A stretch of DNA of 64,000 nucleotides from Ignavibacteria bacterium. GTDB lineage: Bacteria > Bacteroidota > Ignavibacteria > Kapaibacteriales > UBA2268. How positions within the stretch are numbered: position 1 is the first letter of the stretch; every line of letters starts with the position of its first letter. The notes under the pieces are model-generated. The model was given only the letters and a program-made list of their open reading frames with translations, was not told the DNA's origin and ran no database searches. The DNA is taken from assembly GCA_037445895.1 (NCBI GenBank), contig JBBIJO010000001.1:74377-138376 (forward strand). The letters are read 5' to 3'. The position numbers were made by a program, and so were the translations under genes. Shown piece after piece: positions 27,960 through 37,176 of the stretch.

Positions 27960-29477
27960 TTAATTAATTATTAAAGCTTCGAATGTAAATATCTCGGCAT
28001 TAGGATTGAGATATGTAGAGCGAGGAAGGTTTGCCTTTAAACAAAGGTGTTCAAGAAAAGTTTTCACATCCCAGTTTCTATCGGTAGCAACTTGTGGTAA
28101 CAAAATCCCATTATGATTTCGATAACGAATGTATAGCCCATGTTTCCCAACTTGTATTTTGGATAAATCAAATACTTTTGTAAACTTCGACAAAATTGTA
28201 ATACCATAATCTAAATAAGGGAACTCTTCGGGCTTTATAGGCTCGAATCTCGTGTCGTTAGTAGCAGTAAGTTGAGCAACTTCTTGAATTTCGAAGTATA
28301 GAGGTTTAGTTGCGAATGTATGTCCCATACAGGCACGAAGTTCACCTTCTTTTTCGATAGTAACAAATACAGGGTATTGTTCGGAAAATGATTTAGGAAT
28401 AAGCTGATATTCTGGTTTTTCCACTTTTTTGTCTGCGATGGTTCTCTCGATAGTTTCTTGAACAAGTTTCCTAAGTTCGTCTTTTTCCTCGTCCGTAAGA
28501 ATCGGAAGATTTTGGGGAACATAGTCGGGGATATTTAACAAAGCACCCGTAAAATATCCAACAACCTGCTCTTTGTTTTTAGAACCGAATGGCGAATCCC
28601 CGCTCGTTGCGTAAAATACAGAAATCGCTTGATTAGCGCCAATGGCTTCGCAGATAGTCATTACTGCTACAATTGGGCCTCCACCACAAGCTTCAATTTC
28701 TCGAGAATGGAGTTGAGATGAAAGTTTAAAATAATCGTATTGTGTAAATGCTTGCAAAAGTTTAGAATCAATGGCATAAGCCTTATCGTAACTATGATAG
28801 TGAGAGAGGTCCGAGCTGGCAACGAGTAAAACGTCACCGAAACGGTTCGAAATAGTAAGTGCTTTAACTATGGCATACGATAAAGAATGCACAGTTTGGT
28901 CATCTTGGGAACCCATAACAATTGGAACAATTTGAGCCGATGGAAGCACTTTCTGAATAAAAGGGATTTGAACTTCGATTGAATGTTCCGAAGTTACCTT
29001 CCTCCAAGAATGTCCTTCCATCGATAGTCGAACATTCGAGTCTTGGCTAGCGATTAATTTCGAAAGTTCTTTATCGACTTTGCAAGGACCCAAAGGTGTT
29101 ACGTATGCATCACCCGGAAACACTGCTGAATAATTGAAGTAAACTTGATGACTTGGCGAAATTATAATAATTGTTCTGATGCCTCTTTCCGGCAACTCTC
29201 GGTAAATCTTTCCTGCAACAAAACCACTGTAAGCATACCCAGCATGAGGAACAACAATCCCTATGATTCTATTTTGTTTAGGAATTTTAGGTTCTTTGTC
29301 CAATTCGAGATAACGTTCTATTTCGGCATTTAAAGAATCGATATTTGAATGGTAGAATGCTCCCGCAACCGTAGGAGGGCGATAAGAAATATAGTCTTCG
29401 CTTAATGCATCTTGGGACAAGGAATTTCCAACCACAAAGTATAAAATAGTTATTACAAAAAAACACAAACGAACCAT
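27960..29477 (-). CDS. Fused AmmeMemoRadiSam protein B (Memo) and protein A (AMMECR1) with N-terminal signal-peptide-like segment
   Basis: Memo motifs: RPPTVAGAFY, PHAGY, EHSIEVQIPF, SSDLSHY, EACG. AMMECR1 motifs: VFVT, LRACMG, DTRF, GILLPQVA, LCLKA. Confidence 0.88.
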   Translation of the reverse strand: MVRLCFFVITILYFVVGNSLSQDALSEDYISYRPPTVAGAFYHSNIDSLNAEIERYLELDKEPKIPKQNRIIGIVVPHAGYAYSGFVAGKIYRELPERGIRTIIIISPSHQVYFNYSAVFPGDAYVTPLGPCKVDKELSKLIASQDSNVRLSMEGHSWRKVTSEHSIEVQIPFIQKVLPSAQIVPIVMGSQDDQTVHSLSYAIVKALTISNRFGDVLLVASSDLSHYHSYDKAYAIDSKLLQAFTQYDYFKLSSQLHSREIEACGGGPIVAVMTICEAIGANQAISVFYATSGDSPFGSKNKEQVVGYFTGALLNIPDYVPQNLPILTDEEKDELRKLVQETIERTIADKKVEKPEYQLIPKSFSEQYPVFVTIEKEGELRACMGHTFATKPLYFEIQEVAQLTATNDTRFEPIKPEEFPYLDYGITILSKFTKVFDLSKIQVGKHGLYIRYRNHNGILLPQVATDRNWDVKTFLEHLCLKANLPRSTYLNPNAEIFTFEALIIN

Positions 29478-29499
29478 ACTAATTTAATAAAAAAATACA

Positions 29500-30531
29500 T
29501 TATTTCGAATTCAATTCGTTTGCTAACGGAACAACATCTTTGACATTCTGGTAAATATGGTTAGTATTGATTCTATCTTTGCGTTCTATGGCTCGCAAAG
29601 CCGAGGAGTATATTTCTTTCCAAGTCATGCCATATTTTTCAAGAAGTTCTTCGGGTTCGCCACTACCTCCAAATGTATCGCGCATACCAACGAACTCGAT
29701 AGGAACGGGATAGTTTTTAGCTAAGACTTCGGCTACTGCTCCACCTAAACCTCCGTGAATTTGATGCTCTTCGGCAGTAACAATTGCGCCACACTCGCGG
29801 GCAGAATCGACAATGGTTTTAACATCAATTGGTTTTAATGTGTGATTATTAACGACTTTTGCTGAAATGCCTCGGCGTTTCCAAAGCTCTTCGGCTGCAA
29901 GCAAAGCCTCCCACACCATTAAACCACAAGCAACAATTGCAACGTCTTTTCCTTCACGAAAAATCTCCGCTCTGCCCAAAGAAAATGGCGTTTCTTCGCG
30001 GGTAAACCAAGCAACAGGAGGTCTCCCAAATCTAAGAAATGAGGGACCAAAAATTTTACTAATTGCAACAGTTGCTTTTTTTGTTTCTTCGTAATCACAA
30101 GGAACAACAACTGTCATATTTGGTAAAGTCCGAAGAAGGGAAAGTTCTTCGAGTGCTTGGTGGGTTGCACCATCGGGACCAACTGTTATCCCAGAATGTC
30201 CTCCTCCAATCTTTACATTTACATTATTATAGCACACAGAAATCCTCAACTGGTCGGCATTACGAAATGCAGCAAAAACACTATAAGTAGCAAAAAAAGG
30301 TATCTTTCCCGACAATGCTAATCCTACTGCAATAGTAGTTGCGTTTTGTTCTGCAACACCTATTGAAAAGAAACGTTCGGGAAATCGCTCTTTAAAAAAC
30401 GAAGTCAATACCGAACTTGTTACATCTGCTCCAAGAACAACAATATCGGGATTCTCTTCTCCAAGTTGAACAAGGGCTTCACCAAATCCCAAACGTGTTG
30501 CTTTTTTACCTATTAAACTGAATTTATTCAT
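29500..30531 (-). CDS. Transketolase, C-terminal (pyrimidine-binding) subunit
   Basis: ATRLGFG, GVAEQN, GPDGATHQ, AEEHQIHGGLG. Confidence 0.92.
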   Translation of the reverse strand: MNKFSLIGKKATRLGFGEALVQLGEENPDIVVLGADVTSSVLTSFFKERFPERFFSIGVAEQNATTIAVGLALSGKIPFFATYSVFAAFRNADQLRISVCYNNVNVKIGGGHSGITVGPDGATHQALEELSLLRTLPNMTVVVPCDYEETKKATVAISKIFGPSFLRFGRPPVAWFTREETPFSLGRAEIFREGKDVAIVACGLMVWEALLAAEELWKRRGISAKVVNNHTLKPIDVKTIVDSARECGAIVTAEEHQIHGGLGGAVAEVLAKNYPVPIEFVGMRDTFGGSGEPEELLEKYGMTWKEIYSSALRAIERKDRINTNHIYQNVKDVVPLANELNSK

Positions 30532-30686
30532 AGCTGCACTGTTTTAATAATTTTTTAATTTAGACAAATTCAAATTATTTATTATGCATACAATCTAATT
30601 CAAGATTCATTCTCTTCATTTCCTTTCAAATACAATTGAAAATTGTGAAAGGGAAAAAACAGAAAAGATGGAAACGAAATATTTTC

Positions 30687-31565
30687 TCATTGTAATTCGG
30701 TTAAAGCTTGTAAAGCCTGTTCTTTGTTTGGCGGTATTCCATGCCACTCGTATTTATCGACCATAAAAGAAATTGGGAAACCCATTTTGGTGCGGGCAAT
30801 AATTACTGTTGGTTTGCCAATACTTTTAGTATGATTATCAATAAATTTATCGAAGGAAGTTAAAATTTCACTATAATTATGCCCATCGATAGTAATTACA
30901 TTAAAATTAAAGGCTTCGAACTTTTTATCGATAGGGTAGATATTCATAACGTCGTGGACTCTCCCATCTATTTGACAATTATTATTATCCACAATCCAAC
31001 AAAGATTGTCGAGTTTATAGTGCCCAGCGGACATCGCAGCTTCCCAGCTTGACCCTTCTTCTAACTCACCGTCGCCAGTGATAACAAATACTCTGCGATT
31101 ATTTTTGTCAAGGTATTTGTCGCTAAGCGCCATACCCACAGCAATAGAAACGCCCTGTCCCAAAGAAGCCGAGGAAGTTTCCAATCCGGGTAACCCCATA
31201 TCAATTCCTGGATGTCCTTGCAACCGTGAGCCTAACTTTCGTAGTGTTTTTAATTCTTCTACAGGAAAGTAACCCGCTCGTGCAAGTGTTGAATATAGGA
31301 TAGGACAAATATGGCCCGCACTTAAAACGAAGCGGTCGCGTTCTTTCCAATTAGGGTTTGTTGGATTATAACGCATAATACCACCAAAAAAAAGAACGGC
31401 AAAAATGTCGGAAGTTCCTAGCGAACCGCCGCTATGGCCAGACTTTGCTAAAAATAAACTTTTAATTACATCGCGTCGCAGGACTGTCGCTATTTCTCGA
31501 AATTCTTCAACCTTTCGTCTTCTATTTTCAAAAATTTTTGGTTCAAAAGTTATTTGAATTTCCAT
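30687..31565 (-). CDS. Transketolase, N-terminal (TPP-binding) subunit
   Basis: SGHSGGSL, RDRFVLSAGH, LQGHP, GDGELEEG...N TPP motif. Confidence 0.92.
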   Translation of the reverse strand: MEIQITFEPKIFENRRRKVEEFREIATVLRRDVIKSLFLAKSGHSGGSLGTSDIFAVLFFGGIMRYNPTNPNWKERDRFVLSAGHICPILYSTLARAGYFPVEELKTLRKLGSRLQGHPGIDMGLPGLETSSASLGQGVSIAVGMALSDKYLDKNNRRVFVITGDGELEEGSSWEAAMSAGHYKLDNLCWIVDNNNCQIDGRVHDVMNIYPIDKKFEAFNFNVITIDGHNYSEILTSFDKFIDNHTKSIGKPTVIIARTKMGFPISFMVDKYEWHGIPPNKEQALQALTELQ

Positions 31566-31693
31566 TTTGCATAGTCGAAAAAAACAAAATTAACATTTTT
31601 AACCTTTGGTTTTTCCAGTTCACTTCTCATAAAAATAAATTTTTTAAGCAATAGTTAAATAATTCATAAAATGTTTATAATTTGTTTTTTTAT

Positions 31694-31709
31694 TGGCACA
31701 TTTTTTTCG
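31694..31709 (+). promoter_or_regulatory. Possible sigma54 promoter for flhF operon
   Basis: TGGCAC-ATTTT-TTTCG: perfect -24 element, but the -12 element has TC instead of GC. Confidence 0.4.
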
Positions 31710-31743
31710 GATACCATATTTATAGATAATCGATTAGTTAGTA

Positions 31744-32862
31744 ATGAGAATAAAAAAATTTAGAGCGCGTAACTTACAGGAAGGGAAAGAAAAAGTCCGT
31801 GCCGAACTTGGAGACGAGGCAATTATTCTTTCTACCCGTGTCATTCCCCCTTTACCACCAACTATGGAAGAAATGGTTGAATTAGTTGCTGCTCTCGATA
31901 CCAAAGTTGAAGCGCAATTGATTGAGCAAAAATCCGAAGTGAAATCTAGCTCAATTCGAGAGGATAATAACAAGCAAGATATCATCAACTTAACAAGCGA
32001 GATATTTAAAGAAATTGCGAGTTTAAAGACGCTTTTTTGGCATCTATCGGACAAAATTACATATACTTTTATAGCGGACTTGCCTTTGGATTTGCAAGAG
32101 TTAGCCAAGTTAATGCTTCGGAACGGTTTTTCTTCGGATTTTATCCTTCCTTTTTTACAACAATTCAAGGATAATAAATACAAAGATTTCAACGAACTAA
32201 GAAACTCTGCAATTATCAAGCTCTCTGAAAATCTTTCTTATTGCAATGGTATCGAAAAGTTAGACATTCCCCAAAAGATTTTATTTATTGGCCCTTCGGG
32301 TGCCGGAAAAACCCTTTCACTTGTTAAACTTAGCCTTTTGTTTAAGCTACTGTATGATGCAAAAGTAGGAATAATTTCGTGCGACAACCAGAAAATTGGT
32401 GGTTGGGAACAAATGCAAATACTTTCTGGGATAGCTAATTTACCTTCGAGTTTAGCTCAAATGAATGATGAACTTCCTGAAATTTTAACTACTTACAAAA
32501 GTTACAATTACATTTTTGTGGATACAAGCGGTATCAATCCCCGAGACGATAAACAATTAGAAGAAGTTCAGTCTATTCGTAACGCAACAGATTTCGATTA
32601 TGTTTTTTTAATTTTATCGGTCACTTCAAGTAAATTGAACTTTTCAGAAGCAGTAAAATTGTTTTCACAAATTGAACCTACACACATTATTTTAACTAAA
32701 TTCGACGAAATAGGAACTATTGGGTATCTCTACGAATCAATTTTAGAATACTCGCACCGTTTTCCTTTAATTTATTTTACGAATGGTACAGATATACCAA
32801 ATGCACTGGAACCAGCAAATAAAGACTTTATATCGAAATTCTTAATAAATTATATAACATAG
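31744..32862 (+). CDS. flhF: Flagellar SRP-family GTPase FlhF (divergent)
   Basis: MRIKKFRA...VRAELGDEAIILSTR N-terminus, GPSGAGKT, DTSG, TKFDE. Confidence 0.85.
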   Translation: MRIKKFRARNLQEGKEKVRAELGDEAIILSTRVIPPLPPTMEEMVELVAALDTKVEAQLIEQKSEVKSSSIREDNNKQDIINLTSEIFKEIASLKTLFWHLSDKITYTFIADLPLDLQELAKLMLRNGFSSDFILPFLQQFKDNKYKDFNELRNSAIIKLSENLSYCNGIEKLDIPQKILFIGPSGAGKTLSLVKLSLLFKLLYDAKVGIISCDNQKIGGWEQMQILSGIANLPSSLAQMNDELPEILTTYKSYNYIFVDTSGINPRDDKQLEEVQSIRNATDFDYVFLILSVTSSKLNFSEAVKLFSQIEPTHIILTKFDEIGTIGYLYESILEYSHRFPLIYFTNGTDIPNALEPANKDFISKFLINYIT

Positions 32863-32864
32863 GA

Positions 32865-33638
32865 ATGGAGATGAAGAAAACTTATAGAATTTCTTTTTTA
32901 AGTGGAAAAGGTGGGGTTGGTAAAAGTATTATTCTTGCTAATCTGGCTCGTTTTTTTGCTAAGAAATTCGATACGGTCCTAATTTTCGATAACAACCTCG
33001 ATTATCCAATTCAACACTTTCTTAACGGGATTGAACCGAACGTTAGGCTTATCGATGTATTGAAATCCGACATTTCTATTGAGTATGCTTTAAATAGAAT
33101 AAACAATAGCCTATTTTTTGTAGGAGGTTCTAATGACTTAAGTATTGAATTTGAACCAAGTGCTCAACTAATGGAGAGTTTCTCTTTTTTGCTTCAAAAT
33201 AACGATTTCGACCTTGTCTTGCTTGACCACAAATCCGGTTTCAATAAAACCATATTGGAATTCTCAAAAATTTCGGATTTGAATCTTATATTTGTATCCG
33301 ATGAACCGACTTCGATATTCGATTCCTATGGTTTAGTAAAATTTCTATATGGAATCTATGGGATAGCAAACATTGGGATTGTGATAAATAACGTTGTGGA
33401 AAACGATGATGGAATTGAAATAGCCAGTAAATTTAATTTAGCGACCAGCACCTTTTTAAAGAAAGAGTTCCCTGTTCTTGGAATTATTCCATATGAACGG
33501 GGCCTAAAGTCCATGATTTTTCATCAAGAGTTGCTTGTACAAAATCGAAGCGATGGTGAATTCTATACCTCGTTAGCTAATCTTTTCGAGAATATTCTTT
33601 CATACCTCAATATTGTCGAAATAGCACAAACTTCTTAA
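32865..33638 (+). CDS. flhG: FlhG/FleN MinD-like ATPase (divergent)
   Basis: SGKGGVGKS deviant Walker A, EPTSIFDSYGLVK, and position directly after flhF. Confidence 0.8.
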   Translation: MEMKKTYRISFLSGKGGVGKSIILANLARFFAKKFDTVLIFDNNLDYPIQHFLNGIEPNVRLIDVLKSDISIEYALNRINNSLFFVGGSNDLSIEFEPSAQLMESFSFLLQNNDFDLVLLDHKSGFNKTILEFSKISDLNLIFVSDEPTSIFDSYGLVKFLYGIYGIANIGIVINNVVENDDGIEIASKFNLATSTFLKKEFPVLGIIPYERGLKSMIFHQELLVQNRSDGEFYTSLANLFENILSYLNIVEIAQTS

Positions 33639-33678
33639 TTTGCATTGTTAATTTGTTTTTTTTAGTGTAAATGTTTTT

Positions 33679-34206
33679 ATGGCAAAAGAAAAATCCAACG
33701 AAGTTGAGGGAAAAGAACAGAAAAAAGAACAGCAAGAAAAACAACAGGTTAAAAAGCAGCGAGAAGCTCGTCTCAAAAAGAGACTAAAGAAAGAAAGCAA
33801 AAAAATAGACAAAATAGTTTCTTTCCCTTTCCGCTCCTTGTTTCTCATAGGTTCGGTTTCGGGTATTTTAACATTTTTATATGCCTTGTTTGCTCAATAC
33901 GATACTTTTTTAATGTCTGTTTTAAAAGGGTTTATCGTTTTTACAGCAGTTTACCTGGGTATAGGAATATTATTCATGCTCTTTTTCGTTGCAATGGCAA
34001 AAGCAAGACAACGTGAAGCAGAGGAACTAAAAAGACAAGATGAGGCAAGACATAGGGAAAATGAAAGGTCGGAATATGAAAGCAAATACGAGCGCGAACT
34101 CCTTTTGAAACAAGCCGAAGAAAAACGGGAACAAGAAGTTCGAAAATTTAAAGAGCAATTAAATCGCCAAGGGATGGAACAAACGGGTTCGAACTTAGAC
34201 AATTGA
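33679..34206 (+). CDS. Hypothetical 2-TM membrane protein with charged coiled-coil termini
   Basis: Two hydrophobic helices flanked by E/K/Q/R-rich segments, located between flhG and fliA. Confidence 0.7.
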   Translation: MAKEKSNEVEGKEQKKEQQEKQQVKKQREARLKKRLKKESKKIDKIVSFPFRSLFLIGSVSGILTFLYALFAQYDTFLMSVLKGFIVFTAVYLGIGILFMLFFVAMAKARQREAEELKRQDEARHRENERSEYESKYERELLLKQAEEKREQEVRKFKEQLNRQGMEQTGSNLDN

Positions 34207-34244
34207 ATGGGAAATTAATATAGTTGCTATATAAAATATATACT

Positions 34245-35030
34245 ATGAATACAAAAAACGAAGAGGCAAATCCTGATATAAAAACTATTTGGGAATTATA
34301 TAAACTCCAACAGAGTGATTCCTTTCGGGAAAAACTTGTTCTGTATTACATCCCGCTCGTGCGTTCTGCGATTAAAACGATTTCAATTCCAACTGCTTCA
34401 ATCCTAACACGCGACGATTTAATTAGTTCTGGAATTATTGGACTTATCGATGCTATCGAAAAATACGACCCAACCCGAGGCGTTAAATTCGAAACTTACG
34501 CATTGCAACGAATTAAAGGAGCAATACTCGATGAACTTCGTCGTGTCGATTGGCTATCGCGCTCTGCACGGCAAAAAGCACAGGAAGTTATTTCTGCATT
34601 GGAGTCAATCCAAAATGATACTGCCGATGGAACCACTTTATTCGAATTATCTTCCAAATTAGATATTAACGATTCTGAAATTAATCGCTATTTATCTGCA
34701 TATCAGTCTTCGAAAGAGGCTTTTTTTATTAGCGAAACAACCTTTACAGACGACGAAGAAGAACCAACAAGCCTCCTTGAAAGTATTGCCGACGAAGACC
34801 AAAAAAGTGCACTCGATGAAATTGTAGATAAAGAGAAAATATCAATAATTTTGGATTTCCTCAACTCGTTACCAGAAAGGAATAGACTAATTATGACTTT
34901 ATATTACTACGAAAATTTGAAGTTTAAAGAAATTGGCAAAGCCTTGAATTTATCGGAAAGTCGCGTTTGCCAAGTCCATTCTGAGATTATTGAACAATTG
35001 AAAAAGAAATTCAAAGTCATTGAAGAGTAA
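34245..35030 (+). CDS. fliA: Sigma-28 family RNA polymerase sigma factor FliA/WhiG
   Basis: DDLISSGIIGLIDAIEKYDP, KFETYA, RIKGAILDELR, DWLSRSAR, LYYYENL, SESRVCQVH. Confidence 0.92.
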   Translation: MNTKNEEANPDIKTIWELYKLQQSDSFREKLVLYYIPLVRSAIKTISIPTASILTRDDLISSGIIGLIDAIEKYDPTRGVKFETYALQRIKGAILDELRRVDWLSRSARQKAQEVISALESIQNDTADGTTLFELSSKLDINDSEINRYLSAYQSSKEAFFISETTFTDDEEEPTSLLESIADEDQKSALDEIVDKEKISIILDFLNSLPERNRLIMTLYYYENLKFKEIGKALNLSESRVCQVHSEIIEQLKKKFKVIEE

Positions 35031-35031
35031 A

Positions 35032-35535
35032 TTAGAAGTATGTTTCGTCGCGCCAATAACTTATTTTCCAAATAGAATCTTGGGGGTAAAAAATTAACCT
35101 GAAATTTGCTTTACCTTGCAAACGCACCACATCGGTTGGAGAAAAAATAATTGTCAACGAGAATCCACGCTGGACATTCCTTTCTATCGAATCACCAATT
35201 GAGGTATAAGTATCGTTCCAAATTAAGTCAATATTGGAAGCAGCCTGAAAAAGCCCAAAAGTTGTCCTAACATCTTGTTCCTTTCCCCAAGAAACATCAA
35301 CACCTAACTCATAATTTTTGTAAACAAAAGTAAAGTCCTCGTCGAGCAATTTGCTGTAAACAAGAGTATCTTCGAAAACATAAGCATAACGAAAATTCAG
35401 AAAAACACCATCTATCGTTTTTTGGTCGGAAATAATTGGAGTGCCAAAGTCTGAATCGACAACCTTTGGAGAAAATGGATTAATACAGCCTTGAAGATTT
35501 ATACATACAAATAATATCGCTAAAAAAAGTTTCAT
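35032..35535 (-). CDS. Hypothetical lipoprotein
   Basis: Lipobox LQG-C followed by INPFSP. C-terminal WKISYWRD. Confidence 0.7.
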   Translation of the reverse strand: MKLFLAILFVCINLQGCINPFSPKVVDSDFGTPIISDQKTIDGVFLNFRYAYVFEDTLVYSKLLDEDFTFVYKNYELGVDVSWGKEQDVRTTFGLFQAASNIDLIWNDTYTSIGDSIERNVQRGFSLTIIFSPTDVVRLQGKANFRLIFYPQDSIWKISYWRDETYF

Positions 35536-35542
35536 ATAAGTT

Positions 35543-36139
35543 TTATGATTTGAGTTTGGCCTTTAAAATACTTAAACTTGGGAACCCATCGTCTTTTGTT
35601 TTCAAATCGGACCAACGGTAAATTGACCAAATTCCATTAGTGTTTAGAACTAAAATCATTTGAAGCGAACCTTTGTAAATATTGTTAATAGAGTTGTCTC
35701 TCGAATTAACAATCATCTCGTAATCACTAATGAAAGCTGCAGAATCGGGAAGTATCGAGATAAAATTTTGGTTCGACAGTGTAAAAGTAGGGTAGTCTTC
35801 CGAAGCAAATTTGCTAAAAAAGTTCTGTGCAAAGAGTTTTTCCGATACTAAATCCCAATTTTCAAAGATATCTGGATAAATCGACATAGCTTCGGCAGCT
35901 GGGGTAAAATTAAATGTTCGGCTATCGTCGTTCACGAAGCACAATGAATATGCATTTATATTTTTGAAATTCAAGGACTTAACAAAATTATCTATTAAAA
36001 TTTGTGGTGAAACAGATGGGGGATAGTTTTGACTGTTTTCTTCGGGGGTCTCGGGTGTCCTCGTTTCAAAAAGACCACAGTTCGGAAAAAGGGCAATCAT
36101 CATTAAAATCCCAAAATATTTAAATATGCTATAAGACAT
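35543..36139 (-). CDS. Hypothetical lipoprotein (probable paralog of neighbour)
   Basis: Signal peptide with Cys, CGLFETRTPE, and C-terminal WSIYRWSD. Confidence 0.65.
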   Translation of the reverse strand: MSYSIFKYFGILMMIALFPNCGLFETRTPETPEENSQNYPPSVSPQILIDNFVKSLNFKNINAYSLCFVNDDSRTFNFTPAAEAMSIYPDIFENWDLVSEKLFAQNFFSKFASEDYPTFTLSNQNFISILPDSAAFISDYEMIVNSRDNSINNIYKGSLQMILVLNTNGIWSIYRWSDLKTKDDGFPSLSILKAKLKS

Positions 36140-36145
36140 AAGAAT

Positions 36146-36742
36146 CTATAAAATTTCAACTCGATTTTCGAAAGCATTCAAAATAGTAGCGTCGTCGGCA
36201 AATTGAAGCTCTGTTCCTATTGGTATGCCGCGAGCAATACGAGTAAGCTTGATTCCCAAATGTTTAAGAAGTTTAGCAATGTATTGTGTAGTTATTTCGC
36301 CTTCGACGCTCGGATTCAATGCAAAAATAATTTCCTTTGAATCTTTGGCCCTTTCGAGCAATTCTTTTATTTTTAGTTTCGAAATGGATATGCCATCGAG
36401 ATGATTAATCGTGCCATGTAAAATGTGATAAACTCCTTTAAATTCATTCATTTTCTCAATTGCAATTACATCATCTGGTTGCTCAACAACACAAATGATG
36501 TCTTTTTTACGATTCGGGGACGAACAGATTGGGCAAGTTTCTGATTCTGTGAAATTAAAACAAATAGGGCATAGTCTCACTTTTGTTTTTAGAGTCAGTA
36601 ATGTTTCTGCAATGTTGTGGATAAATTCTTCGGGCTGCCGAAGCAGGAAAAAAGTAAGTCTTTGAGCCGATTTCTTACCAATAGTAGGCAATTTTGAAAG
36701 CAGCTCTATCATTTTTTCAATTGATTCCGATGAATACGTCAT
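36146..36742 (-). CDS. recR: Recombination mediator RecR
   Basis: LPTIGKKSAQRL HhH, C4 zinc finger, CVVE, YHIL, VEGE, RIARGIPIG. Confidence 0.96.
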   Translation of the reverse strand: MTYSSESIEKMIELLSKLPTIGKKSAQRLTFFLLRQPEEFIHNIAETLLTLKTKVRLCPICFNFTESETCPICSSPNRKKDIICVVEQPDDVIAIEKMNEFKGVYHILHGTINHLDGISISKLKIKELLERAKDSKEIIFALNPSVEGEITTQYIAKLLKHLGIKLTRIARGIPIGTELQFADDATILNAFENRVEIL

Positions 36743-36752
36743 TGTATAAGCT

Positions 36753-37073
36753 TTATAAATTTAAACCAGGAATATTTGGCAAGGGACTAACCGCTCGCTG
36801 TATTTCTTCGGAAACTCCTTGCTGTGCTTTTTGTATAGCCAAGTTCACAGAAGCAATAATTAAATCTTCGAGCATAGTTTTGTCACCAAGGGCTAACGCT
36901 TTTTCGTCGATATTTAAGCTAACTACTTGTAATGCACCATTAACTTTAGTTGTTACAAAATCCCCGCCGCTCGTAGCTTCGAAAACCATTGAAGCAGCTT
37001 GTTCCTTAACTTTAGCCATTTCGGATTGCATTTTTTGAACTTGTTGCATCAAACTACTAATATCGAATTTCAT
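36753..37073 (-). CDS. ybaB: YbaB/EbfC nucleoid-associated protein
   Basis: QVQKMQ, SGG, MLEDLIIASVN. Lies upstream of recR. Confidence 0.92.
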   Translation of the reverse strand: MKFDISSLMQQVQKMQSEMAKVKEQAASMVFEATSGGDFVTTKVNGALQVVSLNIDEKALALGDKTMLEDLIIASVNLAIQKAQQGVSEEIQRAVSPLPNIPGLNL

Positions 37074-37176
37074 TCGTCTGTCTCCAAAAGAAATTTAAAA
37101 TTAAAAATTTTTATTTTTGTATTGAATAAAACGAAACTTTTAAATTTATGTTTTGTTAAACTTCTAAGGTTAAAAA

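Noticed and set aside
30532-30686. TPP riboswitch between transketolase genes
   Set aside because: No CUGAGA or other conserved TPP core on the coding strand, and the region is too AT-rich.
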